64,000 bases of DNA from positions 2,265 through 66,264 of IMG/VR virus record IMGVR_UViG_3300033075_001514; one strand, written 5' to 3'. Both the position numbers and the translations under genes were made by a program. A model generated the notes under the pieces. That model was not told the DNA's origin and did no database searches. It worked only from the letters and a program-made list of their open reading frames with translations. Positions within the stretch are counted from its first letter, which is position 1. Each line of letters starts with the position of its first letter. Shown piece by piece: positions 17,369-27,523 of the stretch. Source of the stretch: a virus. Lineage: Duplodnaviria; Caudoviricetes.

Positions 17369-18253
17369 TCAGGCTCCTGTGAGGGTCTTGCGGAACAACT
17401 TCGAAGCAGCGGCGCCAATGGCCCGTTCGGCTTCCTTGGAAGGCTCGATTTCCCCTGCACCTTCGCGGAGGACATCTTCTACCATAGCCCGAATGACATT
17501 GCCAGTATCTTTCATCTCCAGGTCGCGTTGCTCTGCTGCCTTGAGCTTGTCCATGACGTGCTGGAGGCGCATCTCGGTCACCCATTCAAGGGCGATGTCC
17601 TCGGCCTTCCTGAGGACTTCGAGCTTCCCCGGGTCAACGGTCGTGTCCTTCTTGCTGGCCCGCTCGCTGAACTCGACCCTCTTGTGCTTGGCGCAGATGC
17701 GTGAACCGTTGTTGAGCGTGACCTCGACGATGGGACGCAGAACCACACCCTCAGAAATCCGAGGCTCTGTGATGCCGTTCCTGACGGCCTGACGGCTGGG
17801 CAGGTCCCGCTGGGCGTCCAGGACCTCGCGGTCAGTGCTGACCCGTGCGTAGGGCACGAACTCCAGTCCAAGCTTCTGGACCAACAGGTCAGCCGAGTCG
17901 ACGTTCAGCCAGCGTTCGCCAATCTGGACGTCGAAAGCCACGAACTTCATGGTCTTGCCGTACGTGTCGGACATGCCCTGGAGCTTGCCGCCGTAGGCTT
18001 CGCCGTACACCGTGATTTGGGTCAACTGCAGGTCGGCCAAGAACGCTTCCTTGAGCTTGGCCTCGTCGAAGAGCTTGACGAAGGTGTCGTGGGTCGCGCC
18101 GCCTGAGTAGTAGATGAACTTGACGTCACCTTCAGGCGTACGCTCCATCCTGATGTGCGCGCTTGTGCCGTGGATTTTCTCCATGGCGAAGCACTCCCTG
18201 AACATCAAGATGTTGGCGTTCTTGTACAAATTATCGATGTGCATATATCCCAC
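17369..18253 (-). CDS. RNA ligase (Rnl2-like nucleotidyltransferase)
   Basis: EKIHGTS, GEAYG, FDVQIG, EGVVLRP, KHKR motifs; GGAGG SD before GTG 18253. Confidence 0.8.
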   Translation of the reverse strand: MGYMHIDNLYKNANILMFRECFAMEKIHGTSAHIRMERTPEGDVKFIYYSGGATHDTFVKLFDEAKLKEAFLADLQLTQITVYGEAYGGKLQGMSDTYGKTMKFVAFDVQIGERWLNVDSADLLVQKLGLEFVPYARVSTDREVLDAQRDLPSRQAVRNGITEPRISEGVVLRPIVEVTLNNGSRICAKHKRVEFSERASKKDTTVDPGKLEVLRKAEDIALEWVTEMRLQHVMDKLKAAEQRDLEMKDTGNVIRAMVEDVLREGAGEIEPSKEAERAIGAAASKLFRKTLTGA

Positions 18254-18570
18254 AGATTCCTCCAGGTATTCGATGGCGCGCTTAAGAACTTCACAGTCGT
18301 CTTGAAAGTTACCCAATGCGGTGTTGCATGCGTGACACAGCAAACCTCGCACTTTGCCAGTCTCGTGGTCGTGGTCGACATGAAGTCTGTTCCATCGATC
18401 GCGCGGCAACCTACCACAAATTTTACAAAGGCCCGATTGTGCTGCTACCATATTTTGGTAGGCCTCAATCGTAATTCCGTATCGGCCAAGCATATACTTG
18501 AACCGGACCTTTTCGCGGTTTTCTGGCTTTTCCCGCCATCGTTTTTCAGCCGCTCTGGCTCTTCCCGATG
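18254..18570 (-). CDS. endonuclease VII-like HNH domain reading in frame into the RNA ligase
   Basis: YGIT..CKICG..LHVDHDHETGKVRGLLCHACNTALG; no stop before ligase; start uncertain (ATG 18493 possible). Confidence 0.7.
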
Positions 18571-19378
18571 AAAATGTCCAGGTCCGAGTCGATGTTGACC
18601 CACACCTTGTCCAGGGGGTCGGCGCTGCTCTCGTAGACCCGAATGATGCCGTTGTAGGTGTCCTTGAAGTTGCAGTACTCGCCAAACCCCCTGGAGTTCA
18701 GTGTTTTCATGGTCAGAACTCGTAGCCGTTCTCAGCCATCTTCTTCGTCCACGCCGTCTGGCGCTTGGCCGACTTGGGCGGCGCGTAGACCTGCTTGTTC
18801 TCGTCAACGAAGCCTGCGCGGTTGACCTGGCCCAGACGGCCCTTGCCCTGCTTGCGCATCAACAGCGTGGTGGGGCTCAGCTTGATTTTCTCGCTCATGG
18901 TGGTGTTTCCTTGTGGTACTGCGGGGTTAGTCGTTGCGGAGGATTTGGATGACCATCCCCGACCGGATGACGAGCAGGCCGCTCGCAATCGTGGTGATTT
19001 GAAGGAATCGAAGGGTGTGTTCGAGGGCCTCACTGATGAAGTACACGCCCAGAGAAATCATGGCGACTTGGACGACGAAGGCCATGAAACCCGCGATGAA
19101 ATTTGCTTGACTGTCGGTCATTGTTACTCCATATCGTACTGCTGTTCTTGTGCGTTGTTGAGTTCTTCGACCATGCCGACGACCCGCTGAGCGGCGACGA
19201 CCCAGTTGCGGGGCTCGGCCGAGAGGTCGAGTTCGGCCAGTGCGTCCGAGGCCCACTCGTTGAAGGCACGCTTGGGGTTGTTGGGGCGGGCGAACTTGAA
19301 GTAGTCGCGAACGGCCTGGGCCTGAAGGGCACGGTACGCATCGCGGAGCATCGGGGTATCCATCTCGTTGAGGTTCAT
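18546..19378 (-). other. four small hypothetical CDS (18546..18710, 18713..18898, 18927..19121, 19124..19378)
   Basis: Compact ORFs downstream of early promoter 19386-19414. Confidence 0.55.
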
Positions 19379-19385
19379 GGCGACC

Positions 19386-19414
19386 GTTATACACTAAATC
19401 GAGGAGGACTGCAA
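19386..19414 (-). promoter_or_regulatory. early promoter
   Basis: TTGCAG-N17-TATAAC-N7-ATG. Confidence 0.65.
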
Positions 19415-19825
19415 GGGCTTGTTGAGGATTTCTGCGATTGTCTGGAGGTCTGCGGTCGTGACCGACTCCGCGCTGCCGTAATTCCCGAAGACCGCCCGAA
19501 TCTTCTCAAGCAGCGCAGGTCTGGTCACGTAAATCTCGACCAGGTTCTCGCGGCTCGAATAGGCACGGGCCTTCGAACCGTTGGCTTTGGCCTCGACGTA
19601 CCTCTCTGAGTCCTTATTGACGATGAAGGTGTAGGTCCTTTGCCCCTTAACCATGTTGCCAGCCCAGTCGACGTACTTGAAGGTGACCTCGACATCGAAG
19701 TACTTGGTCCCGGCCTTCACGACTTCGCCCTCCACGTAGAGGTCGTCGACTCGGTTCTCCTTGGAGATGTCGTGGCTGTCGCGGGGGATCACGAACATCT
19801 TTTGTCCAATGACGGGCTTGCTCAT
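19394..19825 (-). CDS. early hypothetical protein
   Basis: TTGACG-N17-TATAAG-N7-ATG upstream (19833-19861). Confidence 0.7.
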   Translation of the reverse strand: MSKPVIGQKMFVIPRDSHDISKENRVDDLYVEGEVVKAGTKYFDVEVTFKYVDWAGNMVKGQRTYTFIVNKDSERYVEAKANGSKARAYSSRENLVEIYVTRPALLEKIRAVFGNYGSAESVTTADLQTIAEILNKPLQSSSI

Positions 19826-19832
19826 GGGTCAC

Positions 19833-19877
19833 CTTATACACGACTAAATGCCCGCCGTCAAGCCTGCATCGTAATCT
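19833..19877. promoter_or_regulatory. back-to-back early (-) promoter and late (+) GTAATCT
   Basis: Minus -10 19833-19838 and -35 19856-19861; GTAATCT 19871-19877. Confidence 0.7.
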
Positions 19878-19896
19878 GTGATGTCGAGAGGTTACG

Positions 19897-20193
19897 ATGC
19901 AAATCACCCAGAACGAAATTGAGTTCAAGCGGAAGGTCGGCAAGTCCGGCTCCAGGGACATCTACCACGTCAAGACCCGTGGAGGTTTGCACGTCATGGC
20001 CCGTTCTGACGGTACTGTGCTTGGTGCTGGTCCCCACAGGGCTGTCGCTCGCCATCTGGCCCAGAAGTTCGAGCCTGAGGCCGAATGGACTGAACTGAGC
20101 AAGTCCGACCACGTCGACTTCGAGGTCTTCGAGCATCTCGTGCCCAAGTACGAAGACATCACCATCAAGATGCGTGCCATCCAGGAAGACTAA
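19897..20193 (+). CDS. late hypothetical protein
   Basis: GAGAGG SD, after GTAATCT. Confidence 0.7.
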   Translation: MQITQNEIEFKRKVGKSGSRDIYHVKTRGGLHVMARSDGTVLGAGPHRAVARHLAQKFEPEAEWTELSKSDHVDFEVFEHLVPKYEDITIKMRAIQED

Positions 20194-21051
20194 ATGTCAC
20201 GTCGACCAGTCAACGACCTCATTACGGAAATCCCTCCGCATCAAATCAGCTTTGACGCAGAGGCGTTCGATGATGCTGTCCGCTCCCAGGGTGTCAGGCT
20301 CGTGCATTACGCTGCGACCAGGTGCCCCGTCGGCATGACCGACATGGACGAAATCCGTCGGCCGCACCCTGACCACGAGGGCTGCACCAACGGGTTTTTG
20401 TACACCAAGACCGGCACGATTACCGCACTGTTCACAGGTAACTCGAAGCACAAGAACCCTGAGGAAATGGGGTTCTGGGACGGCTCGACCGTTCAGGTGA
20501 CCTTCCCCCGCCAATACGATGAGACCGGCGAGCCAATTTTCGTCGCGCCCTTCGACCGGTTCTACCTCGAAGAGGAAGACATCGTCGTCCCCATTTGGCA
20601 GCTATTCATGCACCACGAGTCGGGCATTGACCGCCTGAAGTACCCCGTCGCCCAAATCCAGCAACTCATTGATTCGGCTGGCTTGCGGTACACCCAGGGC
20701 TCTGACTTCAGCGTCACGTCCAGTGGTGAACTCCGTTGGACTGGCCGTCGACCCATCCCCAACCTCGACCTGGGCGGACCCGCTCCTACTCGCGGTGCTG
20801 TGTGCTCGGTACGGTATTTGTATCGACCGTATTGGTACGTCGGCCAAATCGTCCATGAACTCCGTGTGACTCAGATTTCCGATGGTCCCGACAGGTCCAT
20901 CCAGCGCATGCCTCAAGCCGTGGTTCTGCATCGTGAATACGTGGCTTTGACTCGTGAGCAAGAAGAGCCCGGCGAACCAGGCGGTGCGATTGACGCAGAC
21001 GCCATGCGCAGGGTACTCGGCCCGTCTTCTGGCGGCTTTAGCCCTCGGTAA
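20194..21051 (+). CDS. neck/head-closure protein (SPO1/Twort-type)
   Basis: FDDAVRSQGV..ATRCPV..CTNGFLY..FDRF pattern recalled from Herelleviridae neck proteins. Confidence 0.6.
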   Translation: MSRRPVNDLITEIPPHQISFDAEAFDDAVRSQGVRLVHYAATRCPVGMTDMDEIRRPHPDHEGCTNGFLYTKTGTITALFTGNSKHKNPEEMGFWDGSTVQVTFPRQYDETGEPIFVAPFDRFYLEEEDIVVPIWQLFMHHESGIDRLKYPVAQIQQLIDSAGLRYTQGSDFSVTSSGELRWTGRRPIPNLDLGGPAPTRGAVCSVRYLYRPYWYVGQIVHELRVTQISDGPDRSIQRMPQAVVLHREYVALTREQEEPGEPGGAIDADAMRRVLGPSSGGFSPR

Positions 21052-21061
21052 TCTTACAGCC

Positions 21062-22021
21062 ATGAAAAAGAGTGCGGTCGATTTCCTAACAGACGTGCTC
21101 GGTGCAGAGGGCGCGAAAGCGCTTTCCAGGACCGCGACCAAAGAGCCAGCGCTCGGCGCCTTGCTCGTACCCAGGGCTGCCCTGGCCTGGATTCACCAGA
21201 CCGACGCTTTCGAGGGTGTTGTTCCAGGAATACCGAACTCTTACCTCAAGTTCCAGAAGTCCGAGTCGGGGCTGACTGGAATCGTCACCCTCCCTGAGTT
21301 GAACTATGAATTCGCTGGCACGACACCTGAACACGTTGCGGCTGCACTTGCTGTTACAGTGGGTTCAGATTTATCCGAGATTGGTGCTATTCGTGACGTG
21401 ACCTTGTCGCGCCTCGGCAAGTCCATTGAGGTCCTGGTCAAGGCCCAGACCTTCGCTCGCACCCTCGCCAAGAAAATCCTTGACCCGGCCGTTGGCTACA
21501 ACCTCCGTGAAGAAGAACTCGAAGACGGCCTCAGGGTACATGCATACGACCGACACGGCAAGCACCTCGCTTCGGCCTGGTTCCAGAACCAAGAAAATCA
21601 GTTGACCCCGGTCAATACGGACACCAACGAAGAAGAAGAGGATGAGGGCCTCAAGCAAGCGCTCTACGACCACGCCAAGAAGTTCAGCGGCAAGAACATC
21701 AAGAAGACGGAGCTTCCTGGGGCTACCCACAAGCCGAGTCAGCAGCAGGGCCCACAAGAACCCACAGCGCCAACCAAGCAGCCGAAGATGACCAAGCCCA
21801 AGCTCCCCAAGGTTCCGGCCTTGAAGGTCGAGAAATCCGAGGCTACCAAAGAGTGCCCCATTTGCGGCGGTACCCAGTTCCAGGGCGGCAAGTTCCGTGG
21901 GTGCCTGTGCCACCGAGACCTGGCCAAGCATGTCAAAGCGACCTCGTACTCTGACGGCGTGGTACTCGAATTTAGCTCGCGTGAGGCCTTCGTGGCGTTC
22001 CGCAAGATTTTGAAGGACTGA
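21062..22021 (+). CDS. late multi-module protein (GNAT-like remnant, C-terminal CPICG..CLC Zn finger)
   Basis: GTAATCT 7 nt upstream; modules separated by LAKK, IKKT, VEKS. Confidence 0.6.
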   Translation: MKKSAVDFLTDVLGAEGAKALSRTATKEPALGALLVPRAALAWIHQTDAFEGVVPGIPNSYLKFQKSESGLTGIVTLPELNYEFAGTTPEHVAAALAVTVGSDLSEIGAIRDVTLSRLGKSIEVLVKAQTFARTLAKKILDPAVGYNLREEELEDGLRVHAYDRHGKHLASAWFQNQENQLTPVNTDTNEEEEDEGLKQALYDHAKKFSGKNIKKTELPGATHKPSQQQGPQEPTAPTKQPKMTKPKLPKVPALKVEKSEATKECPICGGTQFQGGKFRGCLCHRDLAKHVKATSYSDGVVLEFSSREAFVAFRKILKD

Positions 22022-22024
22022 CCC

Positions 22025-22444
22025 ATGCAAGGCAAGTGGCAGAACCGCCAGATTTTCAAGGACACCCACAAGGACGACCTTGAACGTCGTGCTGCGCTCA
22101 AAGAGTTCGAAGATGGCATGCCCCGCAAGCAGGCCGAAGATGCAGCCTACCAAGAGTACCTGACTGAGCACCACTCGGCCGCTGCAGCGCACCATTTGAG
22201 AGGTCTACGAGCAGCCCAGGCCTCAGGCGACATCGACGAGGCCCGAATCCACGGTGAGGCTTACCACCAGCATATGACCAAGCTCGGCCACGATTCCATG
22301 GACCAAGTCCCCGATTCCATCGCCAAGCTCGTTGAAGACGAAGGCAAGCCCAGACACTACAAGTTCAAGGCACACGCCGCTGACGCCTTGCTGATGAAGG
22401 AGGACTCCGATGGCGAACCTGAAGACCAAAAGACTGTGGGATGA
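22025..22444 (+). CDS. late hypothetical protein
   Basis: LERRAALKEFEDGMPRKQAE motif; coupled to upstream gene. Confidence 0.65.
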   Translation: MQGKWQNRQIFKDTHKDDLERRAALKEFEDGMPRKQAEDAAYQEYLTEHHSAAAAHHLRGLRAAQASGDIDEARIHGEAYHQHMTKLGHDSMDQVPDSIAKLVEDEGKPRHYKFKAHAADALLMKEDSDGEPEDQKTVG

Positions 22445-23882
22445 AGCCTGGTCGAAGCTGAGCAACTTCTTTTTCACACCTAGTGCTTTCGTTGAGTCGC
22501 CGTTCGGTGCAGGTCCCGTGGAAATCACGGAGCCCATGACGCTGTACGTCGCGACGACCGGCAACGATGCCAATCCGGGGACGGCGGACCTGCCGTTTCG
22601 CACTATCCAGGCCGCATTCAACTCGCTGATTGGCAAGTCCCTGCTTTCTAAGGTCAGTATTTTGGTGGGGTCTGGAAGCTTTAGTGCATTCAGCCTCGAC
22701 TTCAAACTCCTAAAAACACCGTTTGGTAGTACCAAATCCGATAACGATTACGGTGTCAGTATCGAAGGTACACTCGCCCCGGCGACGCTCACTACCGGTA
22801 CGACGACAGGAACTACTGGTCCTTCGGATACGGCGATAGTGGACCTTGCTGGTGTCCTAACGGCTGTTACCCAAAACTGGACGGTAGACGAACTAAAGGG
22901 CAAATTCATCCGTTGGACCACAGGTGGTGCATCCGGCACCTACCCAATCCTCGCCAATACAGCGACAACGTTGACGTATGCCATTAACAGCCCGTTCAAC
23001 AACTCCACTTACGAAATCGTTGAGTGCGCGACCAACATCGACACTGGCTCGGTAACTCCGTTTGCGTCTTCGACGACCGCCGATCAGTTTAGAGTGATTT
23101 TGGCTAACAACCCTGACTTTCGCACAACGAACAACAACGCCGTCCAGTTCCTGAACATCACCAGCCCCCCTACTACGAACGCCAAAGCCGCACTTTTGTT
23201 CGGAACTGTGCAGATGACATCGTGTCGACTGCAAAAGAGCGCTATCGGATCAACACCTGTTCTTCAGATGGCAGGTCACAGACCGGCCCTAATACGCTGT
23301 ATGGTTCAGGCGGACGGGACGAACGCGATCGGTATCCAGTTTAGCGGTTCGGTTTCAGACGTAAGCGTGAATTCATGTTTCATCAATGCGTCGACCACTA
23401 ACAATACGCTCGGGATAAATACCCTGAACGTCCAAAACGGAATTTCTGTAAACCTAAGTGGCAGTACTACGATTTCCGGCTTCGGGGTCGGCGTATCGGC
23501 GAGTGGCGCTCCTGCGCAGCTTAACACCGGAACTGCTACTCGATTCATTAACTGTACGACCGCAATTTCTTTGGGCGTCAACACGAACCTGCATCACTCC
23601 AGTATGGCGTGCATCGCGTACTTTAGCGGCTGCGGTACTATCGCCTCTTTAACCGGCCCTATGTTTTTGCACTTGGCGGCAGGCACGACCGGTGTAACGA
23701 ATACGAACGGCGCTGTATTGGCTCAAGGCGCTCGCTGCAAAATCGCAGCCACTACTACGCTGGGTGCCTCTACTGAGCTTTCTGTCGATGGCGTCACAGG
23801 AACCCTTGCTACCATGCGCGGGAACTCACCTAAGGTCTTCCCCTTGACACCGAACGCCTACGGCACGTATATTTACGAATGA
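22410..23882 (+). CDS. tail fibre/spike-like protein with beta-helix (DUF1565-like) motifs
   Basis: YVATTGNDANPGTADLPFRTIQAA; Thr/Asn/Gly-rich beta-helix-like C-terminus. Confidence 0.6.
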   Translation: MANLKTKRLWDEAWSKLSNFFFTPSAFVESPFGAGPVEITEPMTLYVATTGNDANPGTADLPFRTIQAAFNSLIGKSLLSKVSILVGSGSFSAFSLDFKLLKTPFGSTKSDNDYGVSIEGTLAPATLTTGTTTGTTGPSDTAIVDLAGVLTAVTQNWTVDELKGKFIRWTTGGASGTYPILANTATTLTYAINSPFNNSTYEIVECATNIDTGSVTPFASSTTADQFRVILANNPDFRTTNNNAVQFLNITSPPTTNAKAALLFGTVQMTSCRLQKSAIGSTPVLQMAGHRPALIRCMVQADGTNAIGIQFSGSVSDVSVNSCFINASTTNNTLGINTLNVQNGISVNLSGSTTISGFGVGVSASGAPAQLNTGTATRFINCTTAISLGVNTNLHHSSMACIAYFSGCGTIASLTGPMFLHLAAGTTGVTNTNGAVLAQGARCKIAATTTLGASTELSVDGVTGTLATMRGNSPKVFPLTPNAYGTYIYE

Positions 23883-24382
23883 ACAAAATCTGGCTCATCG
23901 TGCTTCTCGCAGTCTCGGCTTGTGGGCCTGTGCCTACCACTACCAGGTGTGGCCTGGGCATGCTAGAGCAATCTGCTGACTGGCTCACCATCGAGAAGGT
24001 CCAAGAGGCCGAGGACCGAATTCTCCAGTTCGTTCAAGGCATTAGCGACGACCGTATTAATTCTCCGGAAAAAGCGTGCGCGGCCCTGAAGTGGGGCAAC
24101 GTCTGGGGCGTCAACGAAACTCACTGGGTCGACAAATGGGGCCGTGACGTCTCGGGCCTGACTTACTGCCCTGAACGGGTCATCGTGGTCGGCCGCCCAT
24201 TCGAACTAGGTGCGTGGCAACGGTCAGCCCTCGCCCACGAACTCATTCATTGGACTCAACGGTGCGAAGGCACTGGTGCAGCAACCGCCGTTGACATCGG
24301 TCACGAAAACTGGCATGAAGATGGTGTATACTCGACCCTGGAGCGAATCAACGCTCTCAACGTATCAAGGACAAACCCATGA
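23879..24382 (+). CDS. lipoprotein with HExxH zinc-peptidase motif
   Basis: Lipobox VSAC at residue 15; ALAHELIHW. Confidence 0.6.
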   Translation: MNKIWLIVLLAVSACGPVPTTTRCGLGMLEQSADWLTIEKVQEAEDRILQFVQGISDDRINSPEKACAALKWGNVWGVNETHWVDKWGRDVSGLTYCPERVIVVGRPFELGAWQRSALAHELIHWTQRCEGTGAATAVDIGHENWHEDGVYSTLERINALNVSRTNP

Positions 24383-24419
24383 TTGCTGAACATTGCGACG
24401 CACATTGCGTCGGCACCCG

Positions 24420-25190
24420 ATGAAAAGGACTCGCTTCGACCAACTGACGCCGGAACTGCAGAAACAGTACCGACGCAAAGAAGCGGAGTATCGTCGAGCG
24501 CGTCGGAAGATCAACCCGGAGCAGAGGAAGCGAGAGGTCGCCTATTCGCGGAAGTGGAGAGAGGAGAATCCTCTTGTACACCTTGCGAATCGCCAGCGGT
24601 GGGTCGAAGCCCAAAAGGACGGCCGCCCACAGATCTACTTCGTGCAAACGGAGAGCGGTCCGATCAAAATTGGGTTTGTGAAGAAAAAAGTGACAGCCCG
24701 TTTGAGGGACCTTCAGGTTGGAAATCACGAACGTCTCGTATTGATTGGCTGGAAGCTGGGCTCGTTGGCCGAGGAGCGCGAGCTACACCGAAGCTTTCAA
24801 CACCTGCGGATTCGGGGGGAGTGGTTTCGTCCGGGCCCAGAGTTGCTGGAACTGGTGAAGAAATACCCCCCCTACTATCATTACTGCATCGTTAGAGCCG
24901 ACCTCCCGCTAGGAGTGCAACTGGCTCAGACGGTGCATGCCGCTGGCGAGTCTTCGCCCGGCGACCTACCCTCAGACACTCGCGCTGTGATGCTCCACGC
25001 TGCTGGAGTCGAGGAGCTTTTGGCTCTTGAGGCCAAGTTGCAGGCCGCTGGCGTGTCCTTTACTTCAATCCGAGAACCTGATATGCCGTGGGACGGCCAA
25101 ATCATGGCAATCGGTCTGAAGCCGTGTATCCGAACCAAAGCCCTTCGGAAGTTGATGTCCGGGCTTCCACTCGCAGGAGCAAAACCATGA
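24420..25190 (+). CDS. GIY-YIG (T5orf172-like) endonuclease fused to peptidyl-tRNA hydrolase 2 domain
   Basis: IYFVQ..PIKIG..R..LQVGN..E..LH..F..RIRGEWF, then IVRADLPLGVQLAQTVHA..IREPD..MAIG. Confidence 0.7.
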   Translation: MKRTRFDQLTPELQKQYRRKEAEYRRARRKINPEQRKREVAYSRKWREENPLVHLANRQRWVEAQKDGRPQIYFVQTESGPIKIGFVKKKVTARLRDLQVGNHERLVLIGWKLGSLAEERELHRSFQHLRIRGEWFRPGPELLELVKKYPPYYHYCIVRADLPLGVQLAQTVHAAGESSPGDLPSDTRAVMLHAAGVEELLALEAKLQAAGVSFTSIREPDMPWDGQIMAIGLKPCIRTKALRKLMSGLPLAGAKP

Positions 25191-25639
25191 AGAAATTCAA
25201 TCGTGCAGCATGGCTCAAGGACCTGAGGGAGACCGAAAGCCAAATCTCAGCCCTCAAGAAGCAAATCCACCAGCCCCACACCGTCCAGAGGCCGGAGAGA
25301 TACCCATGGGAAGCGGGCTACGGTCTCGTCCAGGGTCCCGACGGCCCTGTGCGGGTCTCCAAGCTGGTCTGCAAGCTCCAGCAACTGACTGCAACGGCGA
25401 CCGCACTCTACGCCCTTCGCCGCCAGGTCAAGTTCAAGGTACACCCGGTCAACAAGGCCTGGGTCTGGAAGGAGTACAAAAACTACATGGGCGGCATGTA
25501 CCGCTACGTCTCGTTCACGTACCCAGCGCACTGGCTGGCAGTCTTGTTCGGAGAACGCGAAGCCGTACTCAACAAGCAAATCCTGGAGCACTTCGACACG
25601 TCCAAGTACTTCACCGAAGTCGAAGGGGCGGCGCCATGA
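25187..25639 (+). CDS. hypothetical protein
   Basis: AGGAG SD, ATGA overlap. Confidence 0.65.
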   Translation: MKKFNRAAWLKDLRETESQISALKKQIHQPHTVQRPERYPWEAGYGLVQGPDGPVRVSKLVCKLQQLTATATALYALRRQVKFKVHPVNKAWVWKEYKNYMGGMYRYVSFTYPAHWLAVLFGEREAVLNKQILEHFDTSKYFTEVEGAAP

Positions 25640-25785
25640 AACCACCATGGCGATCTCCCGCACGAGCAACTGGACCCAGACTGCAAGCACGTCGGACGCT
25701 TTTGAGTCAGATGGGCAAAGGACCCTAACCTCTGCGGCAAGGCGCTCTTGGATTCTCGCGGCTTCCTTCTCGATATCCATGGGGC

Positions 25786-26205
25786 TCATTGAGCGTCCTC
25801 CCGCTTTTTTGAACGTTCGGGGTCGAATCCGTCGGGGTACCGTTTGCGGAGCTTTTCGATGTTCGCACCGGCCACATCGCTCAGCTTCAGTCCAAGTGCG
25901 CCAGCGATCGCTGCAACGTACCAAAGCACGTCGCCAAGTTCTTTCTTGACATTCTCCCGGTCGAGGGCGTGTCCGTGGCCCAGGTGCTTCTTGATGAGGT
26001 CCTGGACTTCGCCCGATTCACCACCGAGCCCGAGCCCGAAGACGGCGAGCCGCTCGCGGTTCGAGATGGTCATCGCTGCGGTTCGCTGCGTCTCGGTTTG
26101 GTATCCGTCAAGAGTCAAGGCTTCGGCTCGAAGTCTTTCTTCTCTGAGAATTTTGAGGTCGCAGATTTCGTCATCAAGAACGCCGTAGTACAGCCGCCCA
26201 ACCAT
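25786..26205 (-). CDS. mazG: MazG-like nucleotide pyrophosphohydrolase
   Basis: GLGGESGEVQDLIKK..KELGDVLWY..NIEKLRKRYP; start uncertain. Confidence 0.85.
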   Translation of the reverse strand: MVGRLYYGVLDDEICDLKILREERLRAEALTLDGYQTETQRTAAMTISNRERLAVFGLGLGGESGEVQDLIKKHLGHGHALDRENVKKELGDVLWYVAAIAGALGLKLSDVAGANIEKLRKRYPDGFDPERSKKREDAQ

Positions 26206-26332
26206 CTGCTCTTGAGACTGGACACGTGCAGCAATCTCTACTTCGAGTTCTGCGACGTCGAGTGTCCCCCATTGGCTACGTGCGACTTCAGGTCGGAGAA
26301 GTGGCCAGGACCTCAGTTTCGAACCAGCGATA

Positions 26333-27520
26333 CTAATTCATCACTCGACCATCAGCCAGGGCCTTGACGACCTTCGCCGCACACATTGGACAGGTCGGCA
26401 AGGCCACGAGTTCTTTGGCGATGAGGGCTTTGGCGTCCTGGACTGCGAATGCGTCCAGGTCGTCGAATTCGAGTTCAGCACCACAAGCAGCAACCCACCC
26501 AGGCGAACCAGAAGGCACCGGCTCGTGGGGATACTTCAGCTTGTAAATGGCCCGAACGGTCGCGTGCTTGACGTCGCTCATGGCTTCTTGGGCTCCTCTG
26601 CCTTGAACTCGTTGCAGAGACAACGCGCGCAGGGGTCCTTCTTCATCGCGTAGTGGTCGCATTCCGAGTGCCCGCATACGCAGAACTGTTCGGTGATGAC
26701 TCTGCCGTCTGGCAGCGTGACGGACATCGGTTCCGGGTGAGACTTGCTCATAGGCACAAAATACCACGCCCCGACACCTTTAGCAAGTGTCGGGGCGGTT
26801 TCATTCGGGACGATCTTGCAGGAACTCGATGAAGGCGAGCCAAATGCGCTTGTGGAGCAGCCAGCGCTTCATCAGGTCCTCGACAATCAGCATGCCGAGG
26901 GCGCTGAGAGCTACGGTCGTGACGAAAAACATCACGAAGTATCCGATGCATTGCGCGATGTAGTTCATCATGGGACGTCCTCGATGAGCTTCCAGTGGGA
27001 CGGCATATTTTTCGTGCCCCTGTACCGGCCGTACGTCCACGACTTCGTTTCTCTGACTGCGAAGCCCTGACCTGGCCAAACTTCGGTGACACGGTACCCC
27101 ACGCTCTTGCCACGAACCGCAGGGTTGATTTCGTCACGGTCAGGCCAGTCAACACCCCAAAGCTGTCCTACCTTGATGTCGGTCATCTCAGTACTCGACG
27201 ACTTCGAGGGTGGCCAGGTCGTGCTGGGTCAGTTCGTACGTCTCGTTGGGCACGATGTGTGCAGCGAAGAACTTGAAGTACGTGGCCTGGTCACGGTGCT
27301 TCTTGAGCTTGGACTTCAGCGAAGAAACCGCACCGCCTGTTCCATTGGAGAACTTGCCCATGAGCGAGGCCTCTTCGTCCATGTCGTCGAGCAACTCACC
27401 CATGCGGACGACCTCGGCTTTCAGAAGCTCGACGCGCTCGGTGTGATACCTCGCACGTGCCTCCACCAGGTCCTTCAGTTCGTTGCTCGTGATTGCCAGT
27501 CTCAGTTCTTTGATTGCCAT
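26333..27520 (-). other. cluster of small hypothetical CDS (26333..26581, 26968..27186, 27188..27520 and short ORFs between)
   Basis: Coupled minus-strand ORFs. Confidence 0.55.
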
Positions 27521-27523
27521 GCG

